DNA of 64,000 bases from Octopus sinensis (Eukaryota): positions 6,262,001-6,326,000 of the forward strand of contig NC_043007.1 of assembly GCF_006345805.1 (NCBI RefSeq), read 5' to 3'. Every line of letters begins with the position of its first letter. The stretch's first letter is position 1. Under the pieces are notes generated by a model that saw only the letters and a list, made by a program, of their open reading frames with translations, made no database searches and had not been told where the DNA came from. Shown here piece by piece: positions 40,431 through 54,136 of the stretch. Both the position numbers and the translations under genes were made by a program.

Positions 40431-41225
40431 ATATATGTACATATACATTATTTCACTAGTTACTCACTTGTTTCAGTTAGTAGACTGTGACCATGCTGGT
40501 TTATGGATAAATTGTCACCATTTTATATTTTTAATTTTGCACATGCACCCTGTCTGTTTTTTATTTTGTCGACTATGTAGTAGGGTGAGTTGGGCACCAT
40601 CTTTGAGAAAAACAACACCATGTCGCAATCCACTCAGCCAGGAATTTGGAATAGATATGTAGTACTGCTTGGCAATAGCGATTTTATTGAATTAATTTGC
40701 TCTTTAGTATTTCAAGATATTTTTATGTAATTTTGGTAAATATATCTTAAAATGAGATGTCAGTGTTATTTCCATTTTTGCGTATTTTAAGAGTTTATGT
40801 GTGTGTATAGTGTCCGCGCGCGTATATGTGTATGTGTGTGTGTGTCTGTATATTTGAAAGCCCGGTAAAATCAATCGAAGTGTACAGGATTACGTATCCA
40901 TTACGGCCGATCTGACTAATCGGTTTCGCAGTAGGGGCTCAACGGAGAGTTAGGTAAGAGTCCGGTTATGAATACTTAATGAGAGAGACAGAAGATGGAA
41001 GATACGAGAATCTTTATTGATCAGTATAATGTTTTCTATCCATCTGGCATCGATTATTCGCGGGTGGGACACTGCAAAACTGGTTTATGGGAATCCGACG
41101 GTGGAGTGATCAGATATATACGTATATCTATATCTATATGTATATCTCATTTAATTTGTTATCTCACATTTACTTTGTTATCTCCCCTATTTCTTCGCTC
41201 TTCTGTTTGACCCTTCTGTCCGGCA

Positions 41226-41417
41226 GTCGCCATGATAGATCGGTAGCCACTACACACATTTTTTTTTCTCTCCTTGTTTCTTTCTGTGTTCCTTTCTGTT
41301 GAAGAGCGTACGCTCGAAACGTAAAAGACTGTTTCTATTCTTGAGCGTTATACTTATAAATGTGTTTGTTTTCTGCACCACCTGTCTTCGTCTTTTGTTT
41401 TTTACGTAAATTCTCTT
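41226..41417 (+). mobile_element. Penelope-like short repeat (family P1) with a hammerhead-like motif at 41292-41327
   Basis: cttt-ctgttga-a-gagc-gtac-gctc-gaa-acgt-a-aaag; homologous to 50473-50677 in the opposite orientation. Confidence 0.75.
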
Positions 41418-41604
41418 TATATATATATAACCATAACACATATATGCACATATGCGTGTGTGTTTGAACGCGTGTCTGTGTGTGCTTGTGTGTTTGTGCG
41501 TCTTTATATCAATTAACATATGTAAGTATGTGCGTGACTTGTAACAGTGTCTTGAATGTGAAACAGTAACCGTGTTTCTTGTGCATCTGAACCCATTTTC
41601 TTAC

Positions 41605-41637
41605 CGTATTTCTTTTCAATTACTTTAACAGTTTCAA
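41605..41637 (-). CDS. Candidate 33-nt symmetric exon
   Basis: cttttccttttcacgatcag|TTGAAACTGTTAAAGTAATTGAAAAGAAATACG|gtaaga; phase 1->1 reads ETVKVIEKKY. Confidence 0.3.
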
Positions 41638-42328
41638 CTGATCGTGAAAAGGAAAAGTTTTGTAAAATGTATCCATTACTATTCCGGTGTTTGTAACAGA
41701 TATTAATATGAAATTTAATGGAATGTAATTAAACCGGCACTACTGCGTCTGGGTTGTTGCATAAAGTACTAACTATGAGATGCAACGAGATACTATTCGA
41801 ATGCAATTTCGTTAGTATCCCTAAATAAAAACAACGACCGGTAGTCTTCACTTTGATTTAGTGCTTCATAGAAAATCATGGACTGAATCAAATGTTACTC
41901 AAAGAAGCCTTCTTGCAATTGTGTAAGCCAAATGCACACACAAGCACAAGATAGGACATAACAGACTTTGTTTATTATTATATTGCAATCACATTCAATG
42001 ACAACACGAATACATTGTCTAAACAAACAAGAGATAACATCCTGAAGGTTCTATTGAAAAGAATAGAACCAATTCCTGTAACACGGTGTGGCGTAGTGAA
42101 ATGAAAAATTTGGGAAATACTAAAGAGAAATATGGAATGATCAAAGCAGTGCAATGGCTCACATAAATCTGTTACACGATGTTCATCCTTGCAGCAGTCT
42201 TGTAGTACATGAATTATTGATTGTGTTCGATTCGTCTGCCTAAAGTAAACAGCGGAGACGCTGCATTTGTGAATAATTGCATGAGTAGAGTTGTCGTAGC
42301 TAAAGTATTCGTAGCCTTCGGTGCATAC

Positions 42329-42329
<1 letters not shown>

Positions 42330-42359
<30 letters not shown>

Positions 42360-42587
42360 CAGAGAGAGAGAGAGAGATCCATGCTTTTATATACACACAC
42401 ATATGTGTGTGTATGCATGTACATATATATATATATAATATATATATATATATCTATATATATATATATAATATATATATATATAGATATATATATATAT
42501 ATATATATAGATATATATATATATATTCAGAGAGAGAGAGAGAGAGATCCATGCTTTTATATACACACACATATGTGTGTGTATGCA

Positions 42588-42641
<54 letters not shown>

Positions 42642-42643
42642 AT

Positions 42644-42678
<35 letters not shown>

Positions 42679-42705
42679 TATATAATATATATATATATAT
42701 ATAGA
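42330..42705. repeat. 170-bp-period tandem duplication within TA/AG microsatellites
   Basis: Identical core atccatgcttttatatacacacacatatgtgtgtgtatgcatgtac at 42377-42422 and 42547-42592. Confidence 0.92.
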
Positions 42706-43849
42706 CATATTAGAGGGAAACTACTATCATATATATAACACAATTTTACTGAACCTTCATTTCTTTTTTATGCTAGACCACTGGTGTGAAATTGATGTCA
42801 ATTAAATTAATATCTAATTTCTCACCCTCATTTTAAATTTTAATTTATATATATATATATATATGCGCGTATATGTGTGGGTCTGTGTGTATATGTGTGT
42901 GGAAGTGAAGTTTATCATGAGGTATACACAAAACTTCGTAATTGAATTAATAAACACTCCAGGCATGTCTGGCATGACAGTAACTTACCTAACAAAAGTA
43001 ACAACCGAAACTATTTGAAATTTAACAAAACACTGCTTGATTGAAGCAATGTTTTTTCAACCAGTTTTTACCCTTTGATTCGTATTTTACTCGGATGGAG
43101 TTTGTGATGAAGTGTTTATTTTCTTTGTATGGAGGTAAAACTACTCCACTAGCATGTGGAAATTGAATGTCCAATATCAGTTAATATGCTCACTGTTATG
43201 TTATTTTAGGTAGAATCAGCGTATACGTAATTTGGAAATTATATAGAAACACATAGAAGAATGTGTGTCCACGGAACGAAAAATGTAATGTTAGGCATTA
43301 ATACTTTTCCTGTGTGGCATTCATGATGAACAGTTATTTGTCTTCCATAATTAATTATAAGTAATTTGAGAATTTCAAGCTATCTGCTAGAAAAAGCGGC
43401 CACTCAGCACCAGATTATATCCCGTCGTCTTTAAAGTAAAGGATAAGTTGAATAATGTCGTCATGATTGCCGTAAACGTATAAAAAGGGAGTGAGGTTAT
43501 GATGACTGTAAATACATATTATAGCATGGTTTACGTGTTTCCATCATGCGCTTCAAACTGATGGTTACGTAAATGGTTTCAAGTTTGATGGAAGGATTTC
43601 AGTAATTCATCCAAGTAAGGATTCTTCCTGGAGATAAACGTGAGATTATGACTTCATTTGGATAAATCTTTTAATTGAAACTAGATTATCGGACTTGAAT
43701 AAGTACCTTAGTGGATTTATATACGGTTGAAATCTAATTGGTTGTAGGTCGGCAATATTATAGCCAATAGGAAACTAACAAAAAAACACTACAAATATGA
43801 AGGTTTACCTTTTGCTTCGATATATTGCAACTTGTTGCTAGTTTACATA

Positions 43850-44200
43850 TCATCATAGAAATCCCTAACATAGCTTTGTTTTTCGATTTTTATATCGGAG
43901 CAGATATTTTCACCTAGGTTTGGAATGACCTCTGGATAGTCACAGCGGAGACCAAATATAGTCGAAAGAACGTAACTGGCAAATCGTCGACGCTCTCTGC
44001 GAGCCATGCAACTTATAAAACTCCAGTCACTTGGATAAATTCTTCTGAGACATGATATTACTGCGCATTATTTTAGTCAAATGTTAATTCAGTTGTGTAA
44101 AATCATTTTGGGCAGCCAAGCCTAGTTTCGCACAAATCAGTGAATGTCGTGTTTTATGCCAATTTCTATATTGTCAACAAATGTATGTCGCCTTAGTTAA
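43850..44200 (-). mobile_element. Decayed LINE ORF2 3' fragment
   Basis: Reads SCLRRIYPSDWSFISCMARRERRRFASYVL (cf. RCLRRI..W and RERRLRFAGH in RTE-type elements). Confidence 0.5.
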
Positions 44201-44489
44201 GAATGGTTGGGCGTGTTTGTCACAGAAGACACCAAAACACAGGCGATCCACCGATCCACCACCGATATTCTAAGCAAGCTGTGTAAGACACTGGTCTCTT
44301 TAAGATGCTTCTCTTAGACAAGATACTACAACCAGGGCCGTTCCACGTCTGTGTGTGTGTGCGTGTGTGGATTATGAATAATATACACATCGTTATATAA
44401 AACTTATTTTCCTCCTCTAGAATGGGAGAGCGCAATGATTATATTCTCTCATGTATATTTATAAAGCAAGCGAAAGTAAATAATGTTCA

Positions 44490-44680
44490 GTACGAAATCC
44501 AAGCCTGGCTACAGACGCAGGATGCCAAGGTCCTTATACTTGCGCAACGACAGTGATCAATCAGCGTTAACCCCAGCGTGGACGACTTCCGATTGTCGCT
44601 TCGGATCTACTCGGTGCCGGGTACGATCCTACTCTGCGACACCACGGGCAATGCTTTATGCACAACATTTCTAATATAGA
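44490..44680 (+). mobile_element. Possible Gypsy pol remnant (RNase H-integrase linker)
   Basis: GC-rich; fragments YEIQAWLQ and SVPGTILLCDTTG resemble the TLLCDxSTG motif; weak. Confidence 0.3.
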
Positions 44681-45553
44681 AACTTAATGACACCCCAACA
44701 TGTACATCAATATGCGTGTCATTGTATATACAGCTATGCGGTGGAGGCAGGACCGCTGACCATCCCAAGATATTGTGGACGAAAGCTGTTACGATAATTA
44801 TTCTAAAAGTTAAACATGCCTTTGTCATTCGTGCGATTAGAAATGTAGTGAACATCCGATTTGCCTGAAAGAGGCCCGCAATTTACTATAAATAAAATAA
44901 ATGAATTACTAAATAGCCGAGAAGAGATCTTTTCAGAAATGTTCATGTTGTTAGCAACATGATATTTAGTTTTATAGGCTATTCCTCTGTCATACATAAT
45001 AGATGGTACGCGAGTTATTATATCGATAGATGTTTATGTTCGTATTGCATTTCTATCTATTGCTTAAGAAAAGATTTCCCAAGAGAAATTACCAAGAAAT
45101 TGACATCTTCGTTTTCTCAATCATTTTAATAGTAGACGGTTCGGAAAAAATAGTTTCTTTGAAGATGAAAGAAAAATATGAGGTACAACAAGATGAATTT
45201 CGAATCGTTAACATCATGAAGAATGCTTAAATATCAGCAGCAAATCACATTTGAATACAATAATAGTGAAGAAGTAGGATCGTTTGCTTCAGATATTCAA
45301 TGACATGTTGCAGAGTTGATCTCCCTCTTAGAAGAGTATGTGTAACGAAATTTAATCTCATTCAGTTTTTGTTTCTCCTTGTAAAAGGTATCTGTTGAAA
45401 TTTGTTACACATAGATTGTCCATTCCTTTAACGTTCTGAGTTCAAGTCCTGCTGTTGGAGATTCTGAGACTTCTTTATTAATACTCTTATAATTTCGTTT
45501 GCCCAAATTGTTCGTTGAAGGACAGGTCATTAGACTTATTTCTACCACAGCTT

Positions 45554-45669
45554 CTACTGAATTAGCATCTCAAAGGCGTCCGTTTCTGGGCCTGCTTTTC
45601 TCTTCATTTTTATCAGTTCCAAGTTGACTTTGAATGATTTGGAATTTGGGGGAATGAGTTCGTTTCCAT
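45554..45669 (-). other. Candidate terminal exon or decayed coding fragment
   Basis: Very strong acceptor tttctctctatttcag; the phase-1 frame reads (D)GNELIPPNSKSFKVNLELIKMKRKAGPETDAFEMLIQ*; no homology established. Confidence 0.25.
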
Positions 45670-46885
45670 CTGAAATAGAGAGAAATCATTACGAGTAAAA
45701 GGTGTAAATTCTCTCAAGTAATGGACGTATGAAGTTGCGCAGTCTACTGGACAAGGTCTTCGGCCCATGATCTTAAATTCATGGGCTCGAGTCTGGTCAG
45801 GGCAGCGCACTGTCCTTGAGCTTGGTACGTCCTTTCACATTGGTCCAGTCTACTCAGAAATAATGAGTACCAGACGTCGGTGAATCCCTTTTCCCTAACA
45901 ACGATTACATCCTGGATATGCGGCCAGGATAAATATGTAAGAGACGAGAACACGTGAATGCCTGGTCACGATTACCCTGCGATACGTACCCTCCTTTCCA
46001 ACGAACTATTAATAGCAGCAGAGTACATGTTACTAATCCACAATCACTTTTTAGGAAGGTATAAATACGGTAAAATATTAAAAGCTTGAAATAATCGGAA
46101 ACAAATTGAAGATGTAAGTATATGACGGGCAAAACGAAAACTTGTTTTTATTAAGAATGGTAGTAAAGGTGGTGAACTGGCTGACTCGGTAGCACCCTAG
46201 TCAAAATGCCTCGCGGCATTTCGTCTTATGTCCTGAGTTCAAATATTGCCGAGATCAAACTTTGCCTTATAACCTTTCGAGGTCCTGCGATCGATCAAAT
46301 TGACTAAGCCTCTTTCCACAAGACGTAGTGCCATTGTGCTTATCGTATAGAGGATTAAAAAGATATCAGGTAATCCAGTTGATTCTAATATTAAATTTGA
46401 TGATCACTACTAGCTGAAATTCTTGAAGCAAAGATGTCGGGTTCCTCATAATACTAATTTCAAATTTTGGCACAAGGCCAGCAGTTTCGAGGCAGTAAAT
46501 AGATTACATCAGCTCCAGTGTTTAACTGGTACTTACTTTATCGAACCTGAAACGTTGAAAGGCAAAGCCGACCTCAGCGATGAATCTAGATGTTTTAGGA
46601 TATATTATATTCTTCTGTGGCTCTAAAGATTCTGAAAATTCACAGTCGCTGCATTGGTTTATAACCATTTGGTCTTACGTTGCATAAGCGCGTTAGCGAC
46701 AAGGTTAACCACACAATTAACCATCAATCTCGTAATCGACGTCGAAAGCCAGTTAAAAGGATGACAAGAAAAACAACAAGGGAAACAACGAGGAAAAGAA
46801 AGGCAAAAGCGAAAAGAATAGCAACAACAGCAACAACATTAAACGTATGAATAATAAAATAAAAGGCCAGCAGCAGCAACATCAA

Positions 46886-47255
46886 GTGGAGGCGCGATGG
46901 CCCAGTGGTTAGGGCAGCGGACTTGCGGTCGGAGGTTCGCGGTTTCGATTCCCAGACCGGGCGTTGTGTGTGTTTATTGAGCGAAAACACCTAAAGCCCC
47001 ACGAGGCTCCGGCAGGGGGTGGTGGCGACCGCTGTTGTACTCTTTCGCCCCAACTTTCTCTCACTCTTTCTTCCTGTTTCTTGTCCCTGACTTCCTACGC
47101 AACCGCTGAGCCTCAATGCGCATCCATCCAGCCGTCGATGCTCTCGGTGTCGGGTGTTGATCTGCTTTCTCTTCTGCGGGTCTTACGAATAGAAAAGGAC
47201 CACGTTTCGGACTTCTCCCACTCGCGGGACGAAGACCGCTTCGCTCAACAGCAAG
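46886..47255 (+). mobile_element. Full-length tRNA-derived SINE, family C tail type 1, with 11-bp TSD
   Basis: A and B boxes; TSD agcaacatcaa at 46875-46885 and 47256-47266; near-identical to 5481-5867. Confidence 0.93.
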
Positions 47256-49489
47256 AGCAACATCAATAACACATCCGAAACGAATAATTTGAAAACATTC
47301 TCGTTATTTGCAATGACAATTAAGCTGGAAATTATTGACAACAAGAATCTGAACGAGAAAATGTGAGAGCGAATGAGGGAGAAAGAGGGAGAGAGTAAAG
47401 GAGAGTGGGAGAAAGAGAGGGAAACAAGAAGGTAGGGATGGAAAGGGAGAGTGTGTAACAGAACATGAGTTGAGCATACTTCAAGAAAAAAGAGAAAAAA
47501 GAGAAGGGAAAACATGAGGTAAAGGTGGATAAACCGAAAAAAGTAGCAAATACTTCACACAAGCTTAAACAAAAAGTTACATTAAAGATGGATGGACATT
47601 ATCATATGTCATATGAGAGGATCGAATAGTACGAGACATTCGTAACTGCATGCTTCGATTAAAAATAGAAGCCACAGAATGACTATACACACTCATACAC
47701 ACACACACACACAGACATACACACACCACACACTCATACGCACAGAGACGGTGGCACACATATACACACAGAATCTTCGTAGGATTATCTGCTCTTACCA
47801 TCAGATTTCGGAAAACGTTTGAGCAGCGAACAAATTACCAAGCTACATTTGTTGTGGCCTTTTATCCCTCCGGGGTCGTTACGTGTGATTATCAGGCGGC
47901 TTTGCATTTATTATTATAGCGGTGAAATGGTCGAAGATTTAGAGTTGGACAAAATGTCTTGCATTATTTGTCGAGATTTAGAATTTTAGGTTTATTTTTA
48001 CAGCAGCCTTGTCAATGATTTTAACAATTCGCTTTGTGTTATCTTAGCCTTAGTCCAAATGGAGACCGATGTGGATTTGGCTGATTGGAATTAGATAAAG
48101 AATACACTCTGGCCGTCTATTAATGAAGTGCTCTGCCATAAAAAGCAAAGGCAAATGAGTTAAATATGTCTTCGTTACTCTCACAAGATACGAACTCTCT
48201 TTGTTGACCAGAATACGGTGCATTCAACCAGCAGGGCACTGACGGAGCCAATATACACGTGAATCTAATAATGATTCAGGTAGTCATCTGTGTTTAGTAC
48301 TCACTCCAGCATAAGTGATGCTGTATTTCGATGTGAATGTCTGTCTTTTGTTTTATAGAGAATTTCAAGACAATTACTGAACACCTTTTGCGATAACTTT
48401 TATATCGTGTCTAAATTAAATTTAACTCTTCAATAACCAGTGGCCTTTTTCTCTACTCAAAGAAGAACAACACTATTGTAAATTACGTTCCTCGCCATTT
48501 CCACTTCTACCATTACCGCCATCATCACACGGAATTAAAGCACGTCTTGCAGAGATTTACATAATTCTTTATCATTGCGTACGTACAAAATAGCAGAGAT
48601 GACTGCTGTGAATTTGGTAATGATATAGCTCGAAGCTAATTCAATTGCTGCAATGTGCGAAACAATGCCTCTATTTTTTTTTCACTTGCTATTGATCAAA
48701 TTTTCGTCATTCTATTGAAGAAAAGGAAGTCTGTTAGTATTATTTCAGTAAAATACAAAGAAATATGTTTCCTATTACTTGGCTAATAATATTTTTTGTT
48801 TTTTGTCTGTGCAGGTTTAGTTGGTTGTTAGTGGTTTAGTTCTCCTATTGTATAGCAGGTTATGCACCCAACATTAAAAATGGGTGAGTTTAACTTTATT
48901 GCGAGTATTTTCAAACGTACAATTCTAAATTTGGCATTTCAATGTGTATGTTAATTTTTGATTAATTTATCGATAAACCCCAAAATTACTGATTTTCATA
49001 TGTCTATAATGCAACAAAGGTGTCGGAGTGGCTATCATAGATTACATAATTGTTTCTGATATTGACAGAAGATCAGAAATTTGTGGGTTCGGTGGTTGTC
49101 GATTAAGTCGTCTGTAGCTCTTGATTGACATTCTGCTCTATTTTATCCACCCAGCAAAGTTACCCTGTCCCGGATTTTTACTTTAGAATATAATCAGAAC
49201 TAGTACAAGGCATTGTGTCTGCCACACTAAACGATTCTGCCAAGATACTGCTTTTATATTCATAATCCCAAATCAGAACATTTTAAAACCTGGGGTGGAA
49301 ATACTGGAAGTGTCATTTACCAGAACCCCAGTAACTGACTGGTACTTTATATATTTAACCCATTGCAATCAAAGGCAAAGTGTATATGGCTGGGACTTCG
49401 CCTCAGAACGTAAAAAAACAGTGAGTACAGCAAGATCTTTTGTCTGACGTTCTAACGAATTCGGCAACACCTCGACCAATCACACATAA

Positions 49490-50130
49490 CATGCTATAAT
49501 AGCAGAGATATTGGCGTCTTTCTCAACCGCATCACACACATAGTAATTCATGGAATTACATTTGGGGTAATTAGCAGTTCAGAAATTGGTGAAGTAGAAA
49601 TTTTCCGACAACTACATTTGATGCTTTCCGGAGGTATGGCAAACATGCGAATCCTACTGCCACACATGGCTTTCTGGTAATGTCCCTCTCCAGGGATTGA
49701 CCACAGAATCTAGCAGCTTCACATTGTCTTCTAATTTGAGCCTAGGATCCTGTTGAAAGATGTGGAGTTGTCTGACGTTACCATCACTGCAGAAGACACT
49801 CCCCAAAACCACCACAGTTTGAGAGGACTTGGTTTCTATGATGCGTGAGATATTACTAGGATTGAAGGCAGGACACCCATTGTTTTGGGTATTCTGCAAC
49901 TGGTCCTGGCAGAAGCTTTTCCGTTTGAGAATAACCAGATCATCTCCGGCTCAGTAAATGTCAGCTTGTTTAGGAGCGCTTTTGCCTTCACCAAGTGGCC
50001 CACCTTGGTCATGGATGTTAGAATGTGTGCTTCCTGTACGAGTTGTAGCAAAGATCCTCATTGAGGGCAAGTTTTATGGTGCTGACTCCAATACACATTC
50101 CGGCGTGCTGGCGCTGTTATATAATATTGA
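49490..50130 (-). mobile_element. Decayed Tc1/mariner transposase of the maT (DD37D-like) type
   Basis: Reads VSTIKLALNEDL, KAKALLNKL..EPEMIWLFS, ETKSSQTVVVLGSVFCSDG, VWQ*DS..CHTS..LSENF, NSMNYYVCDAVEKD, matching FSDEK, TKFPxxVMV, QQDSAPxH and DLNPMDY motifs. Confidence 0.85.
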
Positions 50131-50472
50131 AAAGCAGTCGTAATACAGGGAACTCTTTTCCAATATTTAGACGGATTCCAGTCCTCCAAGCCACCAATAA
50201 AAATCTTTTAACTAAAACTCTAAACTTCATACTCTCAACGCCGACTGTCACCCATAAATCAAGTTGTTGCTGGAAAAAAGGAGACAAAAATGTCATCAAA
50301 TATAGACGGAACACACACACACACACTATATATATATATATATATATATATGCGTGTGTGTGTGTAGTGTGTGTATGTGTATTTGATAGATAGATAAATA
50401 GATAGACAGATAGACAGACAAACAGATAGACAGGTATATAAATAGATAGTTAGATAGATAGATAAATAGATA

Positions 50473-50677
50473 GGGAGAGTTTACGAAAAAAACAAAAGAC
50501 GAAGACAGATGGTGTACAAAACAAACAGATGTATTAGTATACTGCTCAGGAATAGAATAAGTCTTTTACGTTTCGAGCCTACGCTCTTCTACAGAAAGGG
50601 ACACAGAAAAAAATCAAGGAGAGAAGCAAGGAGAGAAAAATGTGTGTAGTGGCTAACGATCTATCATGGCAACCATG
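50473..50677 (-). mobile_element. Penelope-like short repeat (family P1) with a hammerhead-like motif at 50563-50598
   Basis: Minus strand cttt-ctgtaga-a-gagc-gtag-gctc-gaa-acgt-a-aaag; flanked by (GATA)n. Confidence 0.75.
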
Positions 50678-50894
50678 ATAGATAGATAGATAGATAGATA
50701 GGTAGATAGATAGATAGATGGATAAATAGATAGATAGGTAAATAGATAGATAGATAGATAAATATATAGATAAATAGATAGATAGATAGATGGATAAATA
50801 GATAGATAGATAAGTCGATAGATAGATAGGTAGATAAATAGATAGATAGATAGATAGATAGATGGATATACGTATAATATATATATATATATAT

Positions 50895-50951
<57 letters not shown>

Positions 50952-50975
50952 CAGATAGATAAATAGATAGATATA
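50678..50975. repeat. (GATA)n microsatellite
   Basis: Directly visible. Confidence 0.95.
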
Positions 50976-51329
50976 AGGTAGATCCGTTGATTAAGAATCA
51001 AATTTCTCAAACTTTTCTGGCGAAGAGAGTGAGGATCAGAGATAGCTCTATACATTTATAGTCTTTCAGCTATCAACTTATAAACCATCGTCTCTACATT
51101 TACTAAAATCAATTCATGGTGGTTTCACGCACAAACGCACAAACACACACACACACACACAACACACACACACACACACACATACACATGCACACAGATA
51201 CATACAAATACGCACACATGTGTATATGAGTATTTTAAGCAGTGCATTTGGTTTTTCATCGAAAAAAAAATAGCCTTAACACACTATACATGCTTTTAGT
51301 TAATTTGTGTTGTTTGAAGTCCTGAAATC

Positions 51330-51506
51330 ACACACATATATATGCGCGTACGCGCGTGTGCATAGATGTAAATATATAAATGTGATTTGTATATATATAT
51401 ATACACACGTACACCCACACACATATATATACATATATATATATATATACATACATATATGGATATATATGTATACAAATATTTATATATAAATGTGCGT
51501 ATATAT

Positions 51507-51559
<53 letters not shown>

Positions 51560-51585
51560 TATATGCATATATATATACTAATACG

Positions 51586-51617
<32 letters not shown>

Positions 51618-51812
51618 CCAAATACATATATATATATAAATCAGTATGTACATATGTGCATACACACATGCTATATATATATATCATCATGCATGTATGT
51701 TTGAATATGTATATATATATATGCATGTATATATATATATATGTATATGTGTATATATATATATGTTTATATATGTGTATATATATATATATATATATGC
51801 ATATATATACAT
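51330..51812. repeat. Degenerate (TA)n/(TG)n low-complexity tract
   Basis: Directly visible; source of several YI-repeat ORFs. Confidence 0.93.
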
Positions 51813-52095
51813 CTGCCACTTTACACTTAGAAATATAGGTACTTGCATATATTCAAGCTGAAGTAGTAATCCAACTGAAAGCGCATTGTGCCAAAGCAAA
51901 ACAGGTTTCTACGCTCCCCCACCACCACTACAGCCACCACCACCACCTATCCATCGAACGCACTCCTAATACCTGGACTCAATAACAGGTAGCAATTAGT
52001 TCTCAGTTGCTAAGCAACAGAACGTGTATCTTTTAGATGATTTGAAATGATCCACAAATTATCCATACACTATATATATATAAATATATATAAAA

Positions 52096-52138
<43 letters not shown>

Positions 52139-52793
52139 ATATATATATATGCTTATTTTTTATAGTTTATACGTTTTTAGTGTATTTTTTTTTGTTATAC
52201 GCTTTATGTTTCAGCAAGCCGTCCACTTAATCTCCTCCTCCGTTGCATAATTATAATGGAATTATATAAAACTCATAGTTACCAGGTCAACAATCAACTA
52301 TAAACACTACCATATGAATGAAGAGAAGTAGAAAGAATGGAGAGAAACGAAACAGTAACATTGACAGCATTAAGTACATCATCAGTAACAAACGGGAGTC
52401 AGAGACGGCAGCAGCAGCAGCGGTAGTAGCAGCAGTATTGGCAGTAGCAGCAGTGGTGGCAGTAATAGCAGCAATGAACTTAGTAATAGCCAATAACTAC
52501 ATCAGCTGCAATAGAAACAATAACAACAGCCATAAAAAGTGAAGCAAGAACAACAACAGTCGAAGCAACACCTTCGCCATGTCAAGCGACGAAGAGTACA
52601 GCAGGGACGGTTGGAACAACAACAGCAACATTGATTATTATAGGTGTAAGAAATATTTGCGGAAGTCGTTCACATCAACCCCAGTGTTTAACTGGTACTT
52701 ATTTTATCGACCCTGAAAAGACACTTGAACGTTGAACGTAAAACCGTTAAGCATTTTATCCGGCGTGCCTCATGATCTAGTCATCTCGCTACC

Positions 52794-52865
<72 letters not shown>

Positions 52866-53277
52866 GGCGTAGGAGTGGCTGTGTGGTAAGTAGCTTGTTT
52901 ACCAACCACATGGTTCCGGGTTCAGTCCCACTGCGTGTCACCTTGGGCAAGTGTCTTCTACTATAGCTTTGGGCCGACCAAATCCTTGTGAGTGAATTTG
53001 GTAGACGGAAACTGAAAGAAGCCCGTCGTATATATGTTTGTATATGTATGCGTGTGTGTGTTTGTGCGTGTGTGTTTGACGCCCTAGCATTGCTTGACAA
53101 CCGATGCTGGTGTGTTTATGTCCTCGTTACTTAGCGGTTCAGCAAAAGATACCGATAGCATAAGTACTGGGCTTACAAAGAATATGTCCCGGGGTCGAGT
53201 TGCTCGATTAAAGGCGGTGCTCCAACATGGCCGCAGTCAAATGACTGAAACAAGTAAAAGAGTAAAGAGTAAAGAGT
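52866..53277 (+). mobile_element. Full-length CORE-like SINE (family B) inserted in (AAT)n
   Basis: tRNA-like head (tggctgtgtgg, gggttcagtccc), CORE-like accttgggcaagtg at 52940-52953, internal (TG)n, (AAGAGT)n tail; (AAT)n on both flanks. Confidence 0.88.
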
Positions 53278-53309
53278 AATAATAATAATAATAATATAAT
53301 AATAATAAT

Positions 53310-53520
53310 GATAACCCTTTCTACTATACGTACAAGGTCAGCAATTCGCGGGAGGGTATAGTCAATTACAACGACCCCAGTTCGTAAGTGATACTTATTT
53401 TATCGACTCCGAAAGGATGAAAGGAAAAGTGGACCTCGGCGAAATTTCATTCAGAACGTAAGGACGACGCAATACCACCAAACCTTTCGCCCAGCATGCT
53501 AACGATTTTGCCAGCTCACC
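53310..53520 (-). mobile_element. Older family-A SINE
   Basis: ccgaaaggatgaaaggaaaagtggacctcggcgaaattt...ttttgccagctcacc is the reverse complement of the family-A sequence. Confidence 0.75.
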
Positions 53521-53904
53521 CTTTTAAGAGTTGTCGTCAGAATTGTTTTTGCATAAAAATATAAATGCAGACATTTGTAGGGAAGTGGTCTAGTCATTAG
53601 TATTAACCCCAGTGCTTTACTGCTATTTTATATATCCCAAAATTTTGAAAGGCAACTTTGAACTTGAGTGGATTCGAAATCAGAATATTAAGTGTTGAAA
53701 GAAATAACGTTAGTTTTCTAATCTAATGGTTCTTCCGAGCCACAGCCTTATAAACGATAGTAATCATACTTATTTCTAATTTAGACAGGCGACCAACAGT
53801 TTTGAGGGGAGGGAATAGCAACGACCGTTGTGCTTGGCCGACGATTTTATGCTATCATACACGAACGAGTAAAATGCAAGTGACGACGATAACAACAAAA
53901 ACAA

Positions 53905-54136
53905 GGCGGCGAGCTGGCAGAACCGTTAGCACGCCGGGCGAAATGCTTAGTGGTGTTTCGTCTGCGATTACGTTCTGATTTCAAATTCCGCCGAGGTCGA
54001 CTTTGCCTTTCATCCTTTCGGGGTCGAATAAATAAGTACCAGTTACGCACTGGGGTCGATATAATCGATTTAATCCGTTTGTCTGGCCTTGTTTGTCCTC
54101 TCTGAGTTTAGCTCCTTGTGGGTAGTAAAGAAATAG
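53905..54136 (+). mobile_element. Full-length family-A SINE
   Basis: High similarity to 14161-14381 and 54528-54762. Confidence 0.92.

Noticed and set aside
43914-44044. 131-nt exon-like segment with acceptor, donor and open frame
   Set aside because: The peptide matches LINE ORF2 C-terminal motifs (CLRRI, RERRRFA), so it is a retroelement remnant.
52287-52640. Ala/Ser/Asn-rich ORFs
   Set aside because: Degenerate CAG/TAG/AAC trinucleotide tract; a similar tract occurs at 54140-54310.
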